This document shows positions 35,171 to 48,371 of a DNA stretch of 64,000 nucleotides, one piece after another (the first letter of the stretch is position 1; each line of letters opens with the position of its first letter). Origin of the DNA: Geosiphon pyriformis uo1 (lineage: Eukaryota; Fungi; Glomeromycota); assembly GCA_016748015.1 (NCBI GenBank), contig JAAOMT010000213.1, positions 92,485 to 156,484 on the forward strand, written 5' to 3'. The position numbers were made by a program, and so were the translations under genes. Below the pieces are notes generated by a model. It was not told the origin of the DNA, did no database searches, and saw only the letters and a list, made by a program, of their open reading frames with translations.

Positions 35171-37302
35171 TCACTAGATGGTAAGTCTGGAGAGAGCATC
35201 AGCGTTTTGATAATTAGCTTCTTTGCAATGTTGAATATCATAGTTGAATTCATCCAAGTGGAGTATCCAGCGAGTTATCCATTTGTGTTCTAGGTTTCTT
35301 TTGTTGCATAGCCAAATCAAAGCTTGGTAATCTGTTACCACCAAAAATTTCACAGTCTTAAGATATTTGTCTCAGTAACTGGTAGTCCAAACTACTGCTA
35401 AGCATTCTTGCTCAGTGACTGAGTAGTTCTTTTCTGCTGGTGTGAGAGTTCTACTGGCATATGCTACGGCATGTTTTCTACTATCTTCATCTTTTTGGGA
35501 AAGAACAACACCAAGTCCATAGCCAGATGCATCAGTATGGAGGATAAAAGGTCAATTCAGATTAGGTTGCATAAGGATGGGTTCTGTAACCAGTTTTTCC
35601 TTCAGAATTTCAAATGCTTTTTGTTGATAAGTGTCTCAGTGATAATTGATGTTTTTCCTAAGTAGCTAATTGAGAGGAGCGGTGATTTTGGAGAAATTCT
35701 TGACAAACTTGCAATAATAAGAGACCAAACCAAGAAAAGAGCATAGTTCATGAATATTCATTGGTTGTCTAATGTTTTGAACTTTTTCAATTTTGGCTGG
35801 ATCAGGGAAGATTCCATCTTTTGTAATAAAATGGCCAAAGAACTGGGTGGATTGACATCCAAAGAATGATTTGATTGGATTGATCTTGAGGCCAGCATTT
35901 CTAAGGAGGTCAAAAACCTTTTGCAAATGTTCAAGGTGTTCATCCCAGGTTTTTGAGTATACCATTATGTCGTCCAAGTAGACTAGAACAAAGTTTTTTT
36001 TTACTGATTCAAATACTTTGTCCATTAAGCATTGAAAGGTGGGAGGAGCATTTGTGAGACCAAAAGACATGACTGTGAATTTGTAGGTACCATACTTGGT
36101 GATGAAGGCAGTTTTCTTTCTGTTTTTTGGATCCATCTCTACTTGCCAGAATCCAGCAGTTAAGTCAATGGTTGAGAAGAAAGCAGCACCATAGAATTGG
36201 TCTAGCATTTCATTAATCTTGGGAAGTGAGTACATGTCTTTTTCAGTAATGGCATTTAATTGGCAATAGTCAACACAAAAGTGTAGAGTTCCTTCTTTCT
36301 TGGATTTCACTACAACTGGGAATGCCCATTCACTTTTGGTTTCCTGTATGAATCCAAGGTTTTTTATTCGGGTTATTTCCTTTTTGATAAACTTATTATT
36401 GCACTGGTTGGATTGATAGGGCTTCAAATGGATGGGGCAAGTTTCTCTGGTGATGATGGTGTGTTGTATCACATGTGTACGTCCAGAAGGTTCACCTTCT
36501 TTTGAGATAACTGGGCTGTTTCTAGCCAGCAGGTTTTCAATGTCTATCTTTTTTTCTTCTGGAGAGGGTTTTCTTTGTTCTACAACCACTAATTGGATTT
36601 CAGATGGTTCATTTTCAAAGGACTTTTGGACTTCTTTTATTTTCTCATGGGGTATCAAGCTGATTGGTTCTCAATCTTTGTAATAGATCAGGCAAGACAT
36701 GCATTCATCACTAGGAAAATACAATGGTTTGTCACACCAGCACCGAACATAAGGACCATGCCACCAATAACTGTATTTGGCTTTCTTGCCTGGCTTTCTG
36801 TCAAAGGTTCTTCTGAGCATGTCATAATAAGGCCAGCAGATCAGTTTGCTGTTGACAATGATTCCTTTTTTATCTGTCTTGACATTATCCAGTAGTTTGT
36901 TATTGCTGGTAAAGATAATATAGGCGAATTCAGCAGTTTCTTCTTGTTCTTTTTCTTCCTCACTTTCTTCATTATCTGATTCGTCTGATTCATTTTCTTC
37001 TGGGCTTTGCTTGAGTACTGGGGGAGTTGTCCAATGGCGACATTTAACCACAATGGGTTTCTCACCACATCTGATGGTTAGTTCACAGAGTTCATAATCA
37101 AGCAAAGCTTTTGCTTTCTTGAGCCATTTATTGCCAACAATGATGGTATATTCTTTTACTTCAGATACTTCCATATCAGTTTCAATGCTGATGTCATTGA
37201 TGCAGACAGGAATAGCTTTGGTTATGCTGAGCCCTTTCTTCTTATCACCATGTATATTGGTCATTAGTTGTGTGAATGGTTCATCAATTTTTCTACCAAT
37301 TG

Positions 37303-37364
<62 letters not shown>

Positions 37365-38700
37365 TTAACGTGTAGCCATACTGGTCTTTTATTAGTTTAG
37401 CCACACTTACAAAGCATGACTTTTTCATAAAGCCAACTCACTCAATAATCTAAATTACAAGATGTGGCTAACCACTAAGTGGTTATGCCTAACTACACAC
37501 TAGTATAACCAAATCTATGGGGTATTATACTATCACACATAGTACTCCTACCACAAAAAACATCAGTTAGTATACAATTACACTGTGTATAAATATCACC
37601 TACTTTGACTATGGGTTTACTACTAACTCTATCACTATTCCTTGAAATGCTATCTACACTGAAGCCACCAATAGGATTTCTCTTGACCCTATTATCAATA
37701 CCCATTGTTTTTTCCCATTCAGTTTGCAGTTTGCAATATTCTCCCCACAATCTATTCTTTGCTTGAATAACTGCCCACTTACACACCTCAATATTTTATT
37801 GCTAGTCCTTAAGTCAATATCAGAAAAGGTATTAATCCTTCCAAATTGCTTATTGACCAGTCTTTTATATAGCAGATCTACGTTAGGCATTGACATAATG
37901 TATTCTTTAGACAGTACAATCTTCTCATCAGTGTTTTGGACTATGCGTCCCCCTCTCACAGCCTCTGAAAGACACTGTATCCACTTATTTTTTACATCAT
38001 CAATCAGTGTCTTGCCCTTTTGGGTATTCAAAGAGCATTCCCAAAAGTGCCAGTTGGTTTCCACTTCCCTGTAACATGTCTTGCAAAGATTATTTAAGTA
38101 TACATGGGGACATTTGTTGTATAGCACCTCTGCTGTTGGCAGCATCTGCCAATTGCTTCAAGAAAGTGTTTAGCAATAACACTAACAGATGATCTACTGT
38201 TTAGGATCAAATCAATGAAGTAGCCAGCCACTTGGGCTTTGCAAATTAGAGGAGTGACACTGCTATTGTCAGCAAGTTCAGCTTAGTGAGGGCATTTGTT
38301 GGTTTTGGGTGTCTTTTTCTTTGGAATCAGAGATTTGCAAAGATCTTTTCTGAATTGTGGATGGGTCATCAATTGGCCAAAGATTATATGTGCTGGGGTT
38401 TCCATGAGGTCTTTGACAACAGAATAGGGGCCGGATTTTTGTACTATTTCTGGGGGTTCCAACTTTGGAGGGTTCTTGAAAACTTTGGCTTTTGGGGGCT
38501 CATTGTTGTCAGTGGTTAATGTAGAAGTTTTATTGGGGTCCAGAACGAAATCAACTTTGGCTTTCTTCTTCTTTCTTGTGAATTCAAAGGGGTTGATTGC
38601 TAGTTCATCCATGTCATGATCATCATTAGTTAAGTTAAAAGTGTAAAAAGGGTTTTTTTCTGGTTGGCTTGCACTCTCACCCTTTGGAGGTGTGCTTACC
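35171..38700 (-). pseudogene. PR-RT-RNase H of A4, interrupted by a truncated LINE
   Basis: ORFs 38283-38612, 36671-37264 and 35666-36658 (YLDD). Confidence 0.92.
37306..38144 (-). mobile_element. 5'-truncated LINE (ORF2 CCHC end, 3' UTR, poly(A))
   Basis: TSD TCT(A/G)CCAATTGCTT at 37292-37305 and 38145-38158; homologous to 27490-28278. Confidence 0.92.
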
Positions 38701-38708
38701 AGTTTAAA
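38665..38708 (-). promoter_or_regulatory. -1 ribosomal frameshift signal at the gag/pol junction of family A
   Basis: T TTA AAC in the gag frame two codons before the gag stop; pol is in the -1 frame; downstream GCAC-ACC..GGT..GTGC stem. Confidence 0.8.
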
Positions 38709-40252
38709 GACTGATAAACAGTGGCTTCAACTAGGGGATCTTCTCCAAAGAAATTGATGTTGGCATGATTGGGTCTTTGATTGGGGACATTGTTGTTGTT
38801 GTTGGGTCTGTTGTTTTGGTTGTCATTGTTTCTGGGAGCTAAAGGAGACAGTAGGAGATTGTTACAATCTCTTGAATAATGTTCAGTTAATCCACAACAA
38901 TAGCACACAGGTGGGCCACAATTTTGCTGTCTTTGATAGGGAGATTGCTGGGGCTGGTTAAAATGAGGTTCGTATCTAGGTCTTGGTGATTGCTGGTTAT
39001 CTCTGACTGCTTGTGCCAAAGGTTCTAATAACCGAGCAAGATTGGCTGTAAATCTATTAATTAATTGTTCATTTGGATCTTGAGTTTGGGCAGCAAAAAA
39101 AGCAGCAGCCATTTGAGGGGCAGGAGCCATGACAGGAGCAGAAGCAAAAACTAGAAGTGCAGATTCCAAATGTATTTTTTAGTTGTCTTCAATTCGTTGG
39201 ACAAGTTCAATGGCCATGTCCATTGTAGAGTTGTCTTTTAGGGCCAAGAGAGGCCAAAGAGCATAAGATAAATCGGTTCTCAATCCTTTTGTGAAGAAAT
39301 GAATTTTTTGTTCTTCTGTCTAGTTTCTCCAAGAGTCTACACATTTGATTAGCATTCTAATAGCTTTGGCATATTCAGTTACTACTTCTTCAGGGCCTTG
39401 AGTTCTTTTTTCTAATTCCATGCGCCATTTGGATATTAATATTGGGGTTCTGAACTTGGCCTCAAATTGGGTAGTGAAAGAGGTATTTTCTTCTCCAGCA
39501 TTGATTGGTGTCCATCTGATTATTCTGTGTTGAGCATTGGCATCTGTTTCTTGTGAGAACCAGATAGCAGGAGAGTCTTAGAGATAGCCACCAACAATTT
39601 GGAACTTGTATTCTTCATCATACTGGTTGGCTGTGGCAGCTCTCTCAAAATCATCTAACCATTCAATTGGATCTTGTGCATTACCTCTAAATAGTAGAAG
39701 TGGGATATTGTTTCTTCTTCTTAGAGCAATTTGTATACCTTGGAGGGTGGCCAAAATGTTTACTTGTATGGGGTCATTAGCCATTGGTTTAGGGGTAACT
39801 GTTTGTGTAGACGAGTCTGATTTGCTTAATAAAAAATTAAAAACAGGAGCAGTTTGGTAGCTTTCTTCTTCTGTTTCAAAGGGAGTTTCAGTTGCTTGAT
39901 GAGCAGCAATCCAAATGTGGATTTGATGATTCAGATATTCGAAATCAGGGGGCTGTTGTTTAAAGGTTGTAGAATATAAGAGCTGATTGATACTGTTGTT
40001 TCTTTCTTCAAAGTCATTTTCTAAATAAGCTTGGTCAAAGTAATAAGTTGTATAAGTTGTGTAAATTTCAGCTGAATGCTTATTCAGGAACCAGTTCCAA
40101 AAGTTTTGGAATTGTCTACTGGATTGTTCTTCAAGGGGGAAGCAGATCAAGCAAGAGGGCAGAGGATTAAGTTCAATGAAATCTAGGTCGTTTCTGTTGT
40201 GTGCTACAAAGTGTTCTTCTGATTGCTGTGGCAGATATGAGTAATCACTCAT
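38696..40252 (-). pseudogene. Gag of A4
   Basis: DPIEWLDDFERAATANQY, FTKGL, CYCCGLTEHYSRDC. Confidence 0.9.
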
Positions 40253-41024
40253 ACAATGAGGGAATAAGTGAATTTTGACAACCTCACAAGAAGCACTACT
40301 TTTATGTTATGGGTTGGAGTAACAAGCTAACAGATAGCAAAGGAGAACAGGATTGTAGGGTGATAGAAATAATCAAAGGGAATTCAACTTCAATGAGTGA
40401 ATTGAATGAGTATAAATTCAATGTGCGAGATCAGTCTCATAAAATATCTCAGTTGCTATTCTTTTTAAAGATAACTGGGGAATCTGAAGGTAGAAAGATA
40501 GTCCGTACTGTCAACAATTGATCACCATTGGTTTAATTCTATGCTTCACATCAGTGCTCTTAGAATTCAATATCAGGTATCAACTTGTGCTTTTCAGTCA
40601 TATTTATTCAAATAATCTTCAAATACTACAATTATATACATCAAAAAAAGACCAACAAGTAATCTTTTATTCTAAGATGTTCGGATACTTGAAGGTAGGA
40701 AAAGAAAAATTAGCAATAAGAGAGTGATTGAAATAAAAGTTGTTATTTTATTTATTTGATTCTTGTTTGAGAGATGATTTTCTACAGCTAAGAAACTTAT
40801 TGCTTATATAGCTATTGAAAGTGGTCAATGACCAGGTCAACGACTAGGTCAATGATCAGGTCAATAATCAGGTCAATGATTACTAACTAAAAATAGAGTG
40901 GCTAATTATATAATATTAGTGACTAATACATGTGATAACTAAAAAAAATATGGGTTTCAACCATAACATTATTTTCCAATTATTATTATCGGCAATGTTC
41001 TGTTTTAATTTGAAGTTAGATGTA

Positions 41025-43389
41025 CTATATATCATCTGTCTCCATAGATTTAGATTCTCCAGTCATAGCACCATTCTAGTTACCCTGTTTCTCTACTTGT
41101 TTTAGCAGTATCATAATAGGTTCCAGAGCTTTTTTGATTTCATTGATTTTTTTCTCTGGGTTGTATGCCTCTTCTTTCTTTTTTGAGTTATGTTTGGGGA
41201 ACATATCCTGTTTTGTTTCTCTATTACCCTCTTTTTTCTTTTTCTTTGATATGTGGCTTGGTGAGTTAGTTACCACTTTGTCTTCTTTTTTCTTTTTTAC
41301 TGTTACCCCAAGTTTGGAGGCCACAGCATTCAGCAGTTTGGCCATCTCATTTACCTGTTGTCTCAATTCATTAATTTCAGACTTCCATGGCTGTTCCGCT
41401 TCTTTCTTTTGTTGCTCTTCTTTGTTGTTTGTTTGTAAGCCTGCTTTTTGAAACCCACTTGGATTTGCATTGTTCTTATTATTAGATGTGTTTAGTGCCA
41501 CCATTTCAGCATATGATTTTCCCCCAAATGCCTTGATGGGTTCTTCTGATATATTCTTTCTGACATACAATTTGGCCAATCATATGTTATTGGTAACTTT
41601 CTTGGTATTTCCCTCCTTTTTCTTAAATAAAGTAGGGCATTTTGAAACCAAGTGTCCTATCTGATAACAAAAATAACATTCTTTAGCATTAATAGTTACC
41701 CAGTAAATCAGAGTGTTCCCAATTACCAAGGGCTTACTGGTAGCATTATAGCGACTGGCTTCACTATCAAACCCTATGTAAGCACAGCCTATTCTGGTGT
41801 AGTTTTTGCTAGTTCTTGGAATAAAGCAAGATCAGGCTTTGATTTGGTTTAAAGTGGTGCTCAGATAGTGAGCAGTACAGTTTTGTGGTAGGCCAACTAG
41901 CTTAGCTTCCCAGGTTTTTCTCTGCTCAATGATCTTTTGGGTACCTATTATTGAGTATATTTTAACTGTGTCTTTTCTGATTAGGGTTAACTATTGGTCC
42001 ACAGCTCTAGTCGTCTCTTCTTGGGTGTTGAATTCCACTACTGCTAACTGCCATTTTCCAGCCACTTTGATTTGGACTTTTTTTACCTTCCCAAATTCTT
42101 TCATGGCAGCTCCAACTTCTCTGTTAGAAATATCCAGGGGAATATCCTTAACTAAAACCTTTTTTTGACCAGCCATTTGATTGGCAATGCCATCAGTTAC
42201 TATCAAAAATAACTCAATATCCACCTCTGTCAAGATTTTCCTAGCTTGATCCCTTCTAGTGATTTGGGAGAAATCTATTCTGATTTCTTGGTTTCTCACC
42301 AACACAGCCTCCAAAAGGTAACTGACATCCCCCAACAGGTTGTAAATTCACCCCACCTTCTTTCCCATGTTTTTTTCTGATATGTTCACTATCTGCACAA
42401 ATAGAATATGTCTCTTAATGCCATAAACAATAGTCCTCCACTCTTTTTCTTGATTTGCTTCTATAGACATGGCGTTTTTCTCAGACAATCTATTACTCTT
42501 TTGGTTCAGACATGGGCTTGACATTCTGCTTGATAGACCCAATTTAGAATCTTCCATGTCTTCTGCAGTCTCTTCCAAATCACCTGTATTTCTGTTTGTC
42601 TCAAATGGATTGTCTATTTGCACGTCAGTTTTCTCTACAGATTTCCTTTTGTTGATCATGTCCAGGATTTCTGGGTTGCATTTTCTCAGAGCTGTTTCAA
42701 TCTGTGCTGTTCTCTTAACATTTTCAATAAGCAATTTAGATGGTCTATCCAATTTTTTCAGAGACTTTGAAGCCTCTTTTTTACCAGTTCAAGCTTCTAT
42801 TTGAAACTTATTACTGTTTCCTCCTTTGTTGAACATTGGTCACAAGACAAAATTGTTGGTCTGGTCTGTTGTTTTATCAATAAGTTCCTCTTCAATGACC
42901 TGGTTAAATCTTTTTGTTAGGCTTTTAACACTTATTTTTTCTAAGTGTCTGTATTTTTTATTGGGTTTTTCTTTTAGTCTGTTGCCTGTTAATGGAGAAA
43001 AGTCAGCTGCTTTTCGGTGTGAGACTGTTCTCTTTGATGTATTTGCAATTCTAAAAGATGTGTCATCTCTACTACTTGTGTTTATACTTTCAATTATTAT
43101 ACTGTTATGTTCAAATCTGAATGTGGATGTTGTAGGTCTTGTCTTTTCAACTGGTGTTTAGTTTAGTATGAATGTGTTATTTCCTTCCTTCTCTGTAATG
43201 ACAGTAGAATTTCCTTCCACTTGGTTTATATTCTTAATAGTATCTATGCTAGCACTTTTGTTCGTGACTGTTGTCACTTTGTTATTAGTATTGTTGTTAG
43301 ACACTTTAAAGTCTGTTATAATAATAATAAAGTGTACTTTAACTAAGGATATCTTTTAGCAAAAACTATTTTTCAAACTTTTAAGGCAT
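41025..43389 (-). pseudogene. LINE ORF1 (long low-complexity N-terminus, RRM, knuckle, coiled coil); start uncertain
   Basis: VLVKDIPLD..FGKV..WQLAVVEF, CYQIGHLVSKC, KSYA; stop overlaps the ORF2 ATG. Confidence 0.75.
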
Positions 43390-43580
43390 AGTAATTTATG
43401 TAGTAGCAGACAAAGAGAGAAAAAAGTTTTTTCCAAAGTACTGCCTTCAGCTTTGTTTGCTTATAGAACTGTGAATCATGACATAACAAGTTAGAATCTT
43501 TTTATCTGCTCTATGGATGCATGGCAACACTACCAATAGAAACTGATATTGAAACAATACTCTTTGAAGAGATCACAATA

Positions 43581-46035
43581 AGGAAAGCCAGGAGAAAAAT
43601 ACTCTTTCTCTCCTAAATTTCATAACCATGAATAGAGCTAAGAGTAAAAAAGTTGCAAATGTTACTTTTCCTATAGTGACTAATAAAGTTTCAACACAAG
43701 AAGGTTTCTCTGTTATTGAAGCAGCTAAACAAAACGTTCTGGCAACATTTTTTTTAAAAAATAATAGTAATAAGCTGCCTTTAGCAGCTTCTGGTTCATT
43801 TTCTTTATTTTTGACTGGTAGTTCTTTTCCAGTCAAAGTTCTTTCAAAAAGACACATTCAGATTAATCCTAATGTTGTCTCCACTACTTCAAAAAGCCCA
43901 AAGATTTTTAATAACAGACCAGTCAACAAGTTGGTCTTTTCTGCTCTCACCACTCTCACTATTACTTCTACTATTACTGCTTCACAAATGGCCATGAAAG
44001 CCAAAAATTCCAAAAAACAGCAGCAGGCAGTCACAACTGCTATAGTTACACCAAACTCCTTTGTGGTTTCAGATGAGATCTTCGGTAAGATTTCCACAGC
44101 AGCAGCCAGCCCTCTTCCTAATATGGACAGCAACAGCAGCAGCACATCTCCCAAGATGGGCCAAGATCAACTACTGGCTGTGTTGCCTGATATGGTACTC
44201 TCCAGCAGATCATTACCAATCCCAGTAGCAAAACAGTCCATCAATCCAAATAATCTCAAAGATTGGGCTGATCAGATGGAAATGGAATTAACTGTCCCTT
44301 CCCTAGTTTCTGGTGCTGCTGATGGTGGTGCTTGGGAAAATATGAATGGTCGTTAGAGGTTCTCTGGTTGGGTGGTCTCCAATCTAGTACCTGAAACTAT
44401 ATTCAAGATCAAAATAGCTCTGCTTGGTTCCTTGTTTCAGTTACTGCCTGGTTGTATTGGGCTTAAGTCAGTTTCACGAGATGCTGTTAAGTTGTTCTGT
44501 GTGGAATTTACATCTCAGAAGTGTCTAAATGATGCCACCAAAGTGGCCATCAGTAATGAGGTGTTTTTGACCACTCTTAAGATTACACAGTCTTTTGGTG
44601 TGGCCTCTGTTTCTTCCCCTTCCTTGTCAATTGCACTGCATAACATAACTTTGGGTACCTCTTCTAATGACATCAAAACTGCTTTTGGCATTTTTGGTGT
44701 TGTTACTTCTGTTAAATTGAAGCCTGTTGGCTTATGGCATTATGCTGTGGTTAATTTTAAGAACATTTTTTCTGCTGTTGCTGCTCTTTCTAACTGGTTT
44801 GTATTGGTCAGAAAAGATAGTGTTAGAATTCTTCCTGTTGCCAACCAAAAGGAAATTATTTCCTCAAGAGATATATTCAAAGCTAAGTTGGTCAATCTTC
44901 CATTTGGCTGTACTGCCTTTAAGATAAGTAATTTGGTCTCCCAAGTTGGTGGCCGTACATGTTTCATTCCTCACTTCTCTGAATCTTATTAATGTCAATG
45001 CTTTGCTATGGTTATTTTTGATTCTTTGGAATCTCTGAATGTTGCTGTGTTAAAAACTGGTATCTTGCATGGTTGTCACATCTGGTGGGAAACTCTTGGG
45101 TGTTGCCGCTGCTACAGGTGTCAAGACTTAAATCATTTGGCTGTAGACTGCAAAAAGTTGCCTCCTCTCTTACTTAAACTCTCTTTCAACACTTTTAGTG
45201 ACCCCAAAAATTTCAAATCTTCATTTGTTGGATCTAAATCTTATGCCAAGGCTGCTGCTTTTGTGGTTTCTTCTGATGCTGCTGCTGCTGATATGAAATT
45301 GGATCTTGGTGGTTTTCCCAAAGTTACAACATCTGTGTTGCTTGCTGTCTCCTTTGTTTTCAATACTGCTGTTGAATCTATGTTGGCTTCTCTTAAATCC
45401 CATTTTAGTAAATTATCTGTGTTGATTAAATCCTTAATTAAACCTGTTGGTGCTCTGGTTGCATTGGTTACCAAATTGCTGTCTACTCTATCTGCCATGA
45501 ATGTGTCAGTTAAAGAATGTGTAGATGAGTTGGCTAAGCAAAATAAAGGCTTGGCTGCTGTTACCATCATAATGCAGAAAAGATTAACATGTCTTGAGAC
45601 AATAAGTGAACGAATTTGCTTGGAGAATGGATCAGATGTTGATGATATAGTTAATGATGTTGATGATGATAATGATGAAGATAAAAATTTTTCAGTTTAT
45701 GATAACACCTTTGATATCATGATGCATCTATGAGAAGATTAGCCTTCCAGTATCAAATCCAGTCCTGATCAAACTGCTAAGTGGATAAGTAGTATGGTTA
45801 AGAATATTCATGAGCTTGTTAGCATTATGGGTAAGTTGTACGAATTAGAAATGTTTGATATATTAAGTAGCAAAGATAGTACTAGTGTGTAGTTAGAGCT
45901 TTCCACTAAGTAGTTAGCCATATCTTGTAAACTTTGTATTATTGGGTAAGTTGGTTTTATGAAAGCGCCAACTTTATTGTTAGACAAAACTAATAAACAA
46001 TCAGCATGGCTACATGTTAACATAAAAAAAAAAAA
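43581..46035 (+). mobile_element. ORF1-only non-LTR element, copy b
   Basis: TSD GAGATCACAATA at 43569-43580 and 46036-46047; poly(A) 46024-46035. Confidence 0.88.
43628..45892 (+). pseudogene. ORF1-like protein of copy b, 755 codons in one frame with four internal stops
   Basis: ORFs at 43628, 44372 and 45008 share a frame ending DSTSV*; RRM and CYRCQDLNHLAVDC. Confidence 0.82.
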
Positions 46036-46477
46036 GAGATCACAATAGAAAATTACAAAGACATTTTGCAAAAAAGACTTGGTATCATTCTTGACTCCTT
46101 GGTAGAAGCACAAATAATTGCTTTTGAAAAGATAAAACAGTTCCAAGAAAAGCTTAAAAAAAAGAAAACTTATAAAACACTCTCTTTAAGTATTGATAAC
46201 TTGGTATTGGAATACTGTTCAGATATAGACAATGTTTATGGTGATAAATTTTCTAACAACCCTTTATAGTCAACAAAGTTTTGAACAATGGTTCTTATAT
46301 TCTTCAAGATTAATCTGGAACAATCTTTAATAATCGTTTTATTCATGGTACACAACTCAAAAAATATCATAAATGACCTGATTGGCTGCTTGTTGTGGTA
46401 ATACCAACTCAAATAATCAGCAAGAATCAAGTATAAATAAATACATCATTCCCAAAACAGAGGTATCTTCAATCAAC

Positions 46478-47158
46478 ATGAACAATTATTTTCTGAATTA
46501 AACCATTCAAAATGCCTTCTATACTCTTCATGAGTATTGGATCAAAAACTATCCAAATGCTATTCTGACCATTGAAAAACAAACCACCATAATTGATAAC
46601 AATAAAACACATATTGTTATTAGACCAAAGAAAACCACTACCAGAAGAGAAAGAATTGGTAGTAAAATAGATAAATATCTGTTGGAAAGTATAACAGCAG
46701 CTATACTTTCATCTTCCAACACAATTGAAAAAACATTTCAAGAAATCTTATCCATAAACAAAAACTTGTTATATGGAAGGCAATTAGAACTCTATGGTTG
46801 CCTTGGTAAAATCATAGAGGATATGAAACTCATGAAAAAAACAACTTTAGAGATACAGACAGAAATTTTGGACATTATACAGTTAGATGTTCTAAGAATT
46901 TTAACTATTGCTAAAAAAGCCAAAACTCTAATACAAAGATTTGGTCTCTTGGATACAAAACTCATTTCGCCTCAAGTATTATATATCTTATTCACAAAAA
47001 ACTTTAACAAACTAGTTAGCTTTGAGTTAGATAAAACTCTTTCAATAGATTACATCATAAATAGCTTGATTTTGCCAAAGCTCAATCTCTTTGGAGAGGA
47101 TGATATTATGGTTAAAACTTATACTTCTTTATTAATTATCACATGTATTAGCCACTGA
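46478..47158 (+). pseudogene. Family A ORF3 (copy A3)
   Basis: Homologous to 1802-2458; one stop near the 5' end. Confidence 0.78.
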
Positions 47159-47772
47159 TGTCACATAAATTAGCTATTCTATTTTTATTAAGTGATCATT
47201 GACCTGATTATTGACCTAGTCATTGATCTGATCATTGACCACTTTTGACAGTTATATAAGTGATGAATCTCTTAGCTGTAGAAAGGCATATAAGAATCAA
47301 AAGAAATAAATAAATAAAATAATAACTTTTATCTTAATCTCTCTCTTATTGCTAATTTCCTTTTCCCTACTTTCAAGTATTTGAACATCTTAAAAATAAA
47401 AGATTACTTGTTAGTTATTTCTTACCCTTTTCCTGAAACATATAAGTGCAGCATTTGAAGATTATTGAATAAAACATGACTGAAGAGTACATTTGATATC
47501 TGATATTGAATTCTAAGAGCACTAACTTAAAGCATAGAATTATACCAGACATGATTATTTGTTGACAGTATGGACTATCCTTCTACCTTCAAATTTTTCA
47601 GTTACCTTTTGAAAAGAATAGTAACTGAGATATTTTATGAGACTGATTTCGCACATTGAATTTCTACTCATTTAATTCACTCTTTGAAGTTAAATTCCCT
47701 TTGATTATTTCCATTACCCTACAATCCTGTTCTCCCTTGCTATTCATTAGCTTGTTACTCCAACCCATAACA

Positions 47773-48371
47773 ATATGACATCAGTGGCTAATACATGTAA
47801 TAATTAATAAGAAGTATAGGTTTCAACCATAATATTATCCTCTCCAAAGAGATTAAGCTCTGGTGAAATCAAGCTATTTATGGTGTAATCTATTTGAAAA
47901 GTTTTATCTAACTCAAAGCTAACTAGTTTGTTGAAGTCTTTTGTGGATAGGGTATATAATACTTGAGGTGAAATGAGTTTTGTATCCAAGAGACCAAATC
48001 TTTGTATTAGAGTTTTGGCTCTTTTAGCAATAGTTAAAACTCTTGAGACATCTAATCCTATAATGCCCAAAATTTCTACCTGTATCTCTGAAGTTGTTTT
48101 CTTCATAAGTTTTATATTCTCTATGATTTCTCCAAGGTAACTATTGAGTTTTAATTGCCTTCTATATAACAAATTTTTGTTTATAAGAAAGATTTTTTGG
48201 ATTGTTTTTCCAATTGTGCTAGAAGGTAAGAGTATAGTGGTTGTTATATTTTCTAACAAATATTTATCCATTTTGCTACCAATTTTTTCTCTTCTGGTAG
48301 TGGTTTTCTTTGGTCTAATAACATTATGTGTTCTACTGTTATCAATTATGGTGGTTTGTTTTTCAATGGTC
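47773..48371 (-). mobile_element. Family A copy A6 fragment (ORF3 3' part, PPT, first 62 bp of 3' LTR); outermost host of the nest
   Basis: ORF 47804-48271; LTR broken at ATAT 47773-47776 by A3. Confidence 0.85.

Larger units (their letters stand above)
32480..40968 (-). mobile_element. Family A copy A4, full length, inserted at the start of the LINE endonuclease
   Basis: LTRs 32480-33121 and 40305-40968, TSD CTAT/TTAT, PBS about 40283-40300, PPT 33122-33132. Confidence 0.95.
27477..43433 (-). mobile_element. Full-length LINE of about 7.5 kb (27477-32479 plus 40969-43433), interrupted by A4
   Basis: Poly(A) 27477-27489, TSD CAAAGTACTGCCTTC at 27462-27476 and 43434-43448, ORF1 and ORF2 domains. 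Confidence 0.93.
21048..47772 (+). mobile_element. Family A copy A3 in five pieces: 21048-21910, 24498-26579, 27259-27476, 43434-43580, 46036-47772 (PR, RT, RH, integrase, ORF3, 3' LTR 47104-47772)
   Basis: Pieces join colinearly across TSD-bounded insertions; LILDSGS, RT YLND (mutated YLDD), integrase motifs. Confidence 0.9.

Noticed and set aside
42826-43359. Hydrophobic plus-strand ORFs as membrane or env proteins (also 52658-52852, 61833-62144)
   Set aside because: Antisense shadows of A-rich coding DNA or LTR repeats
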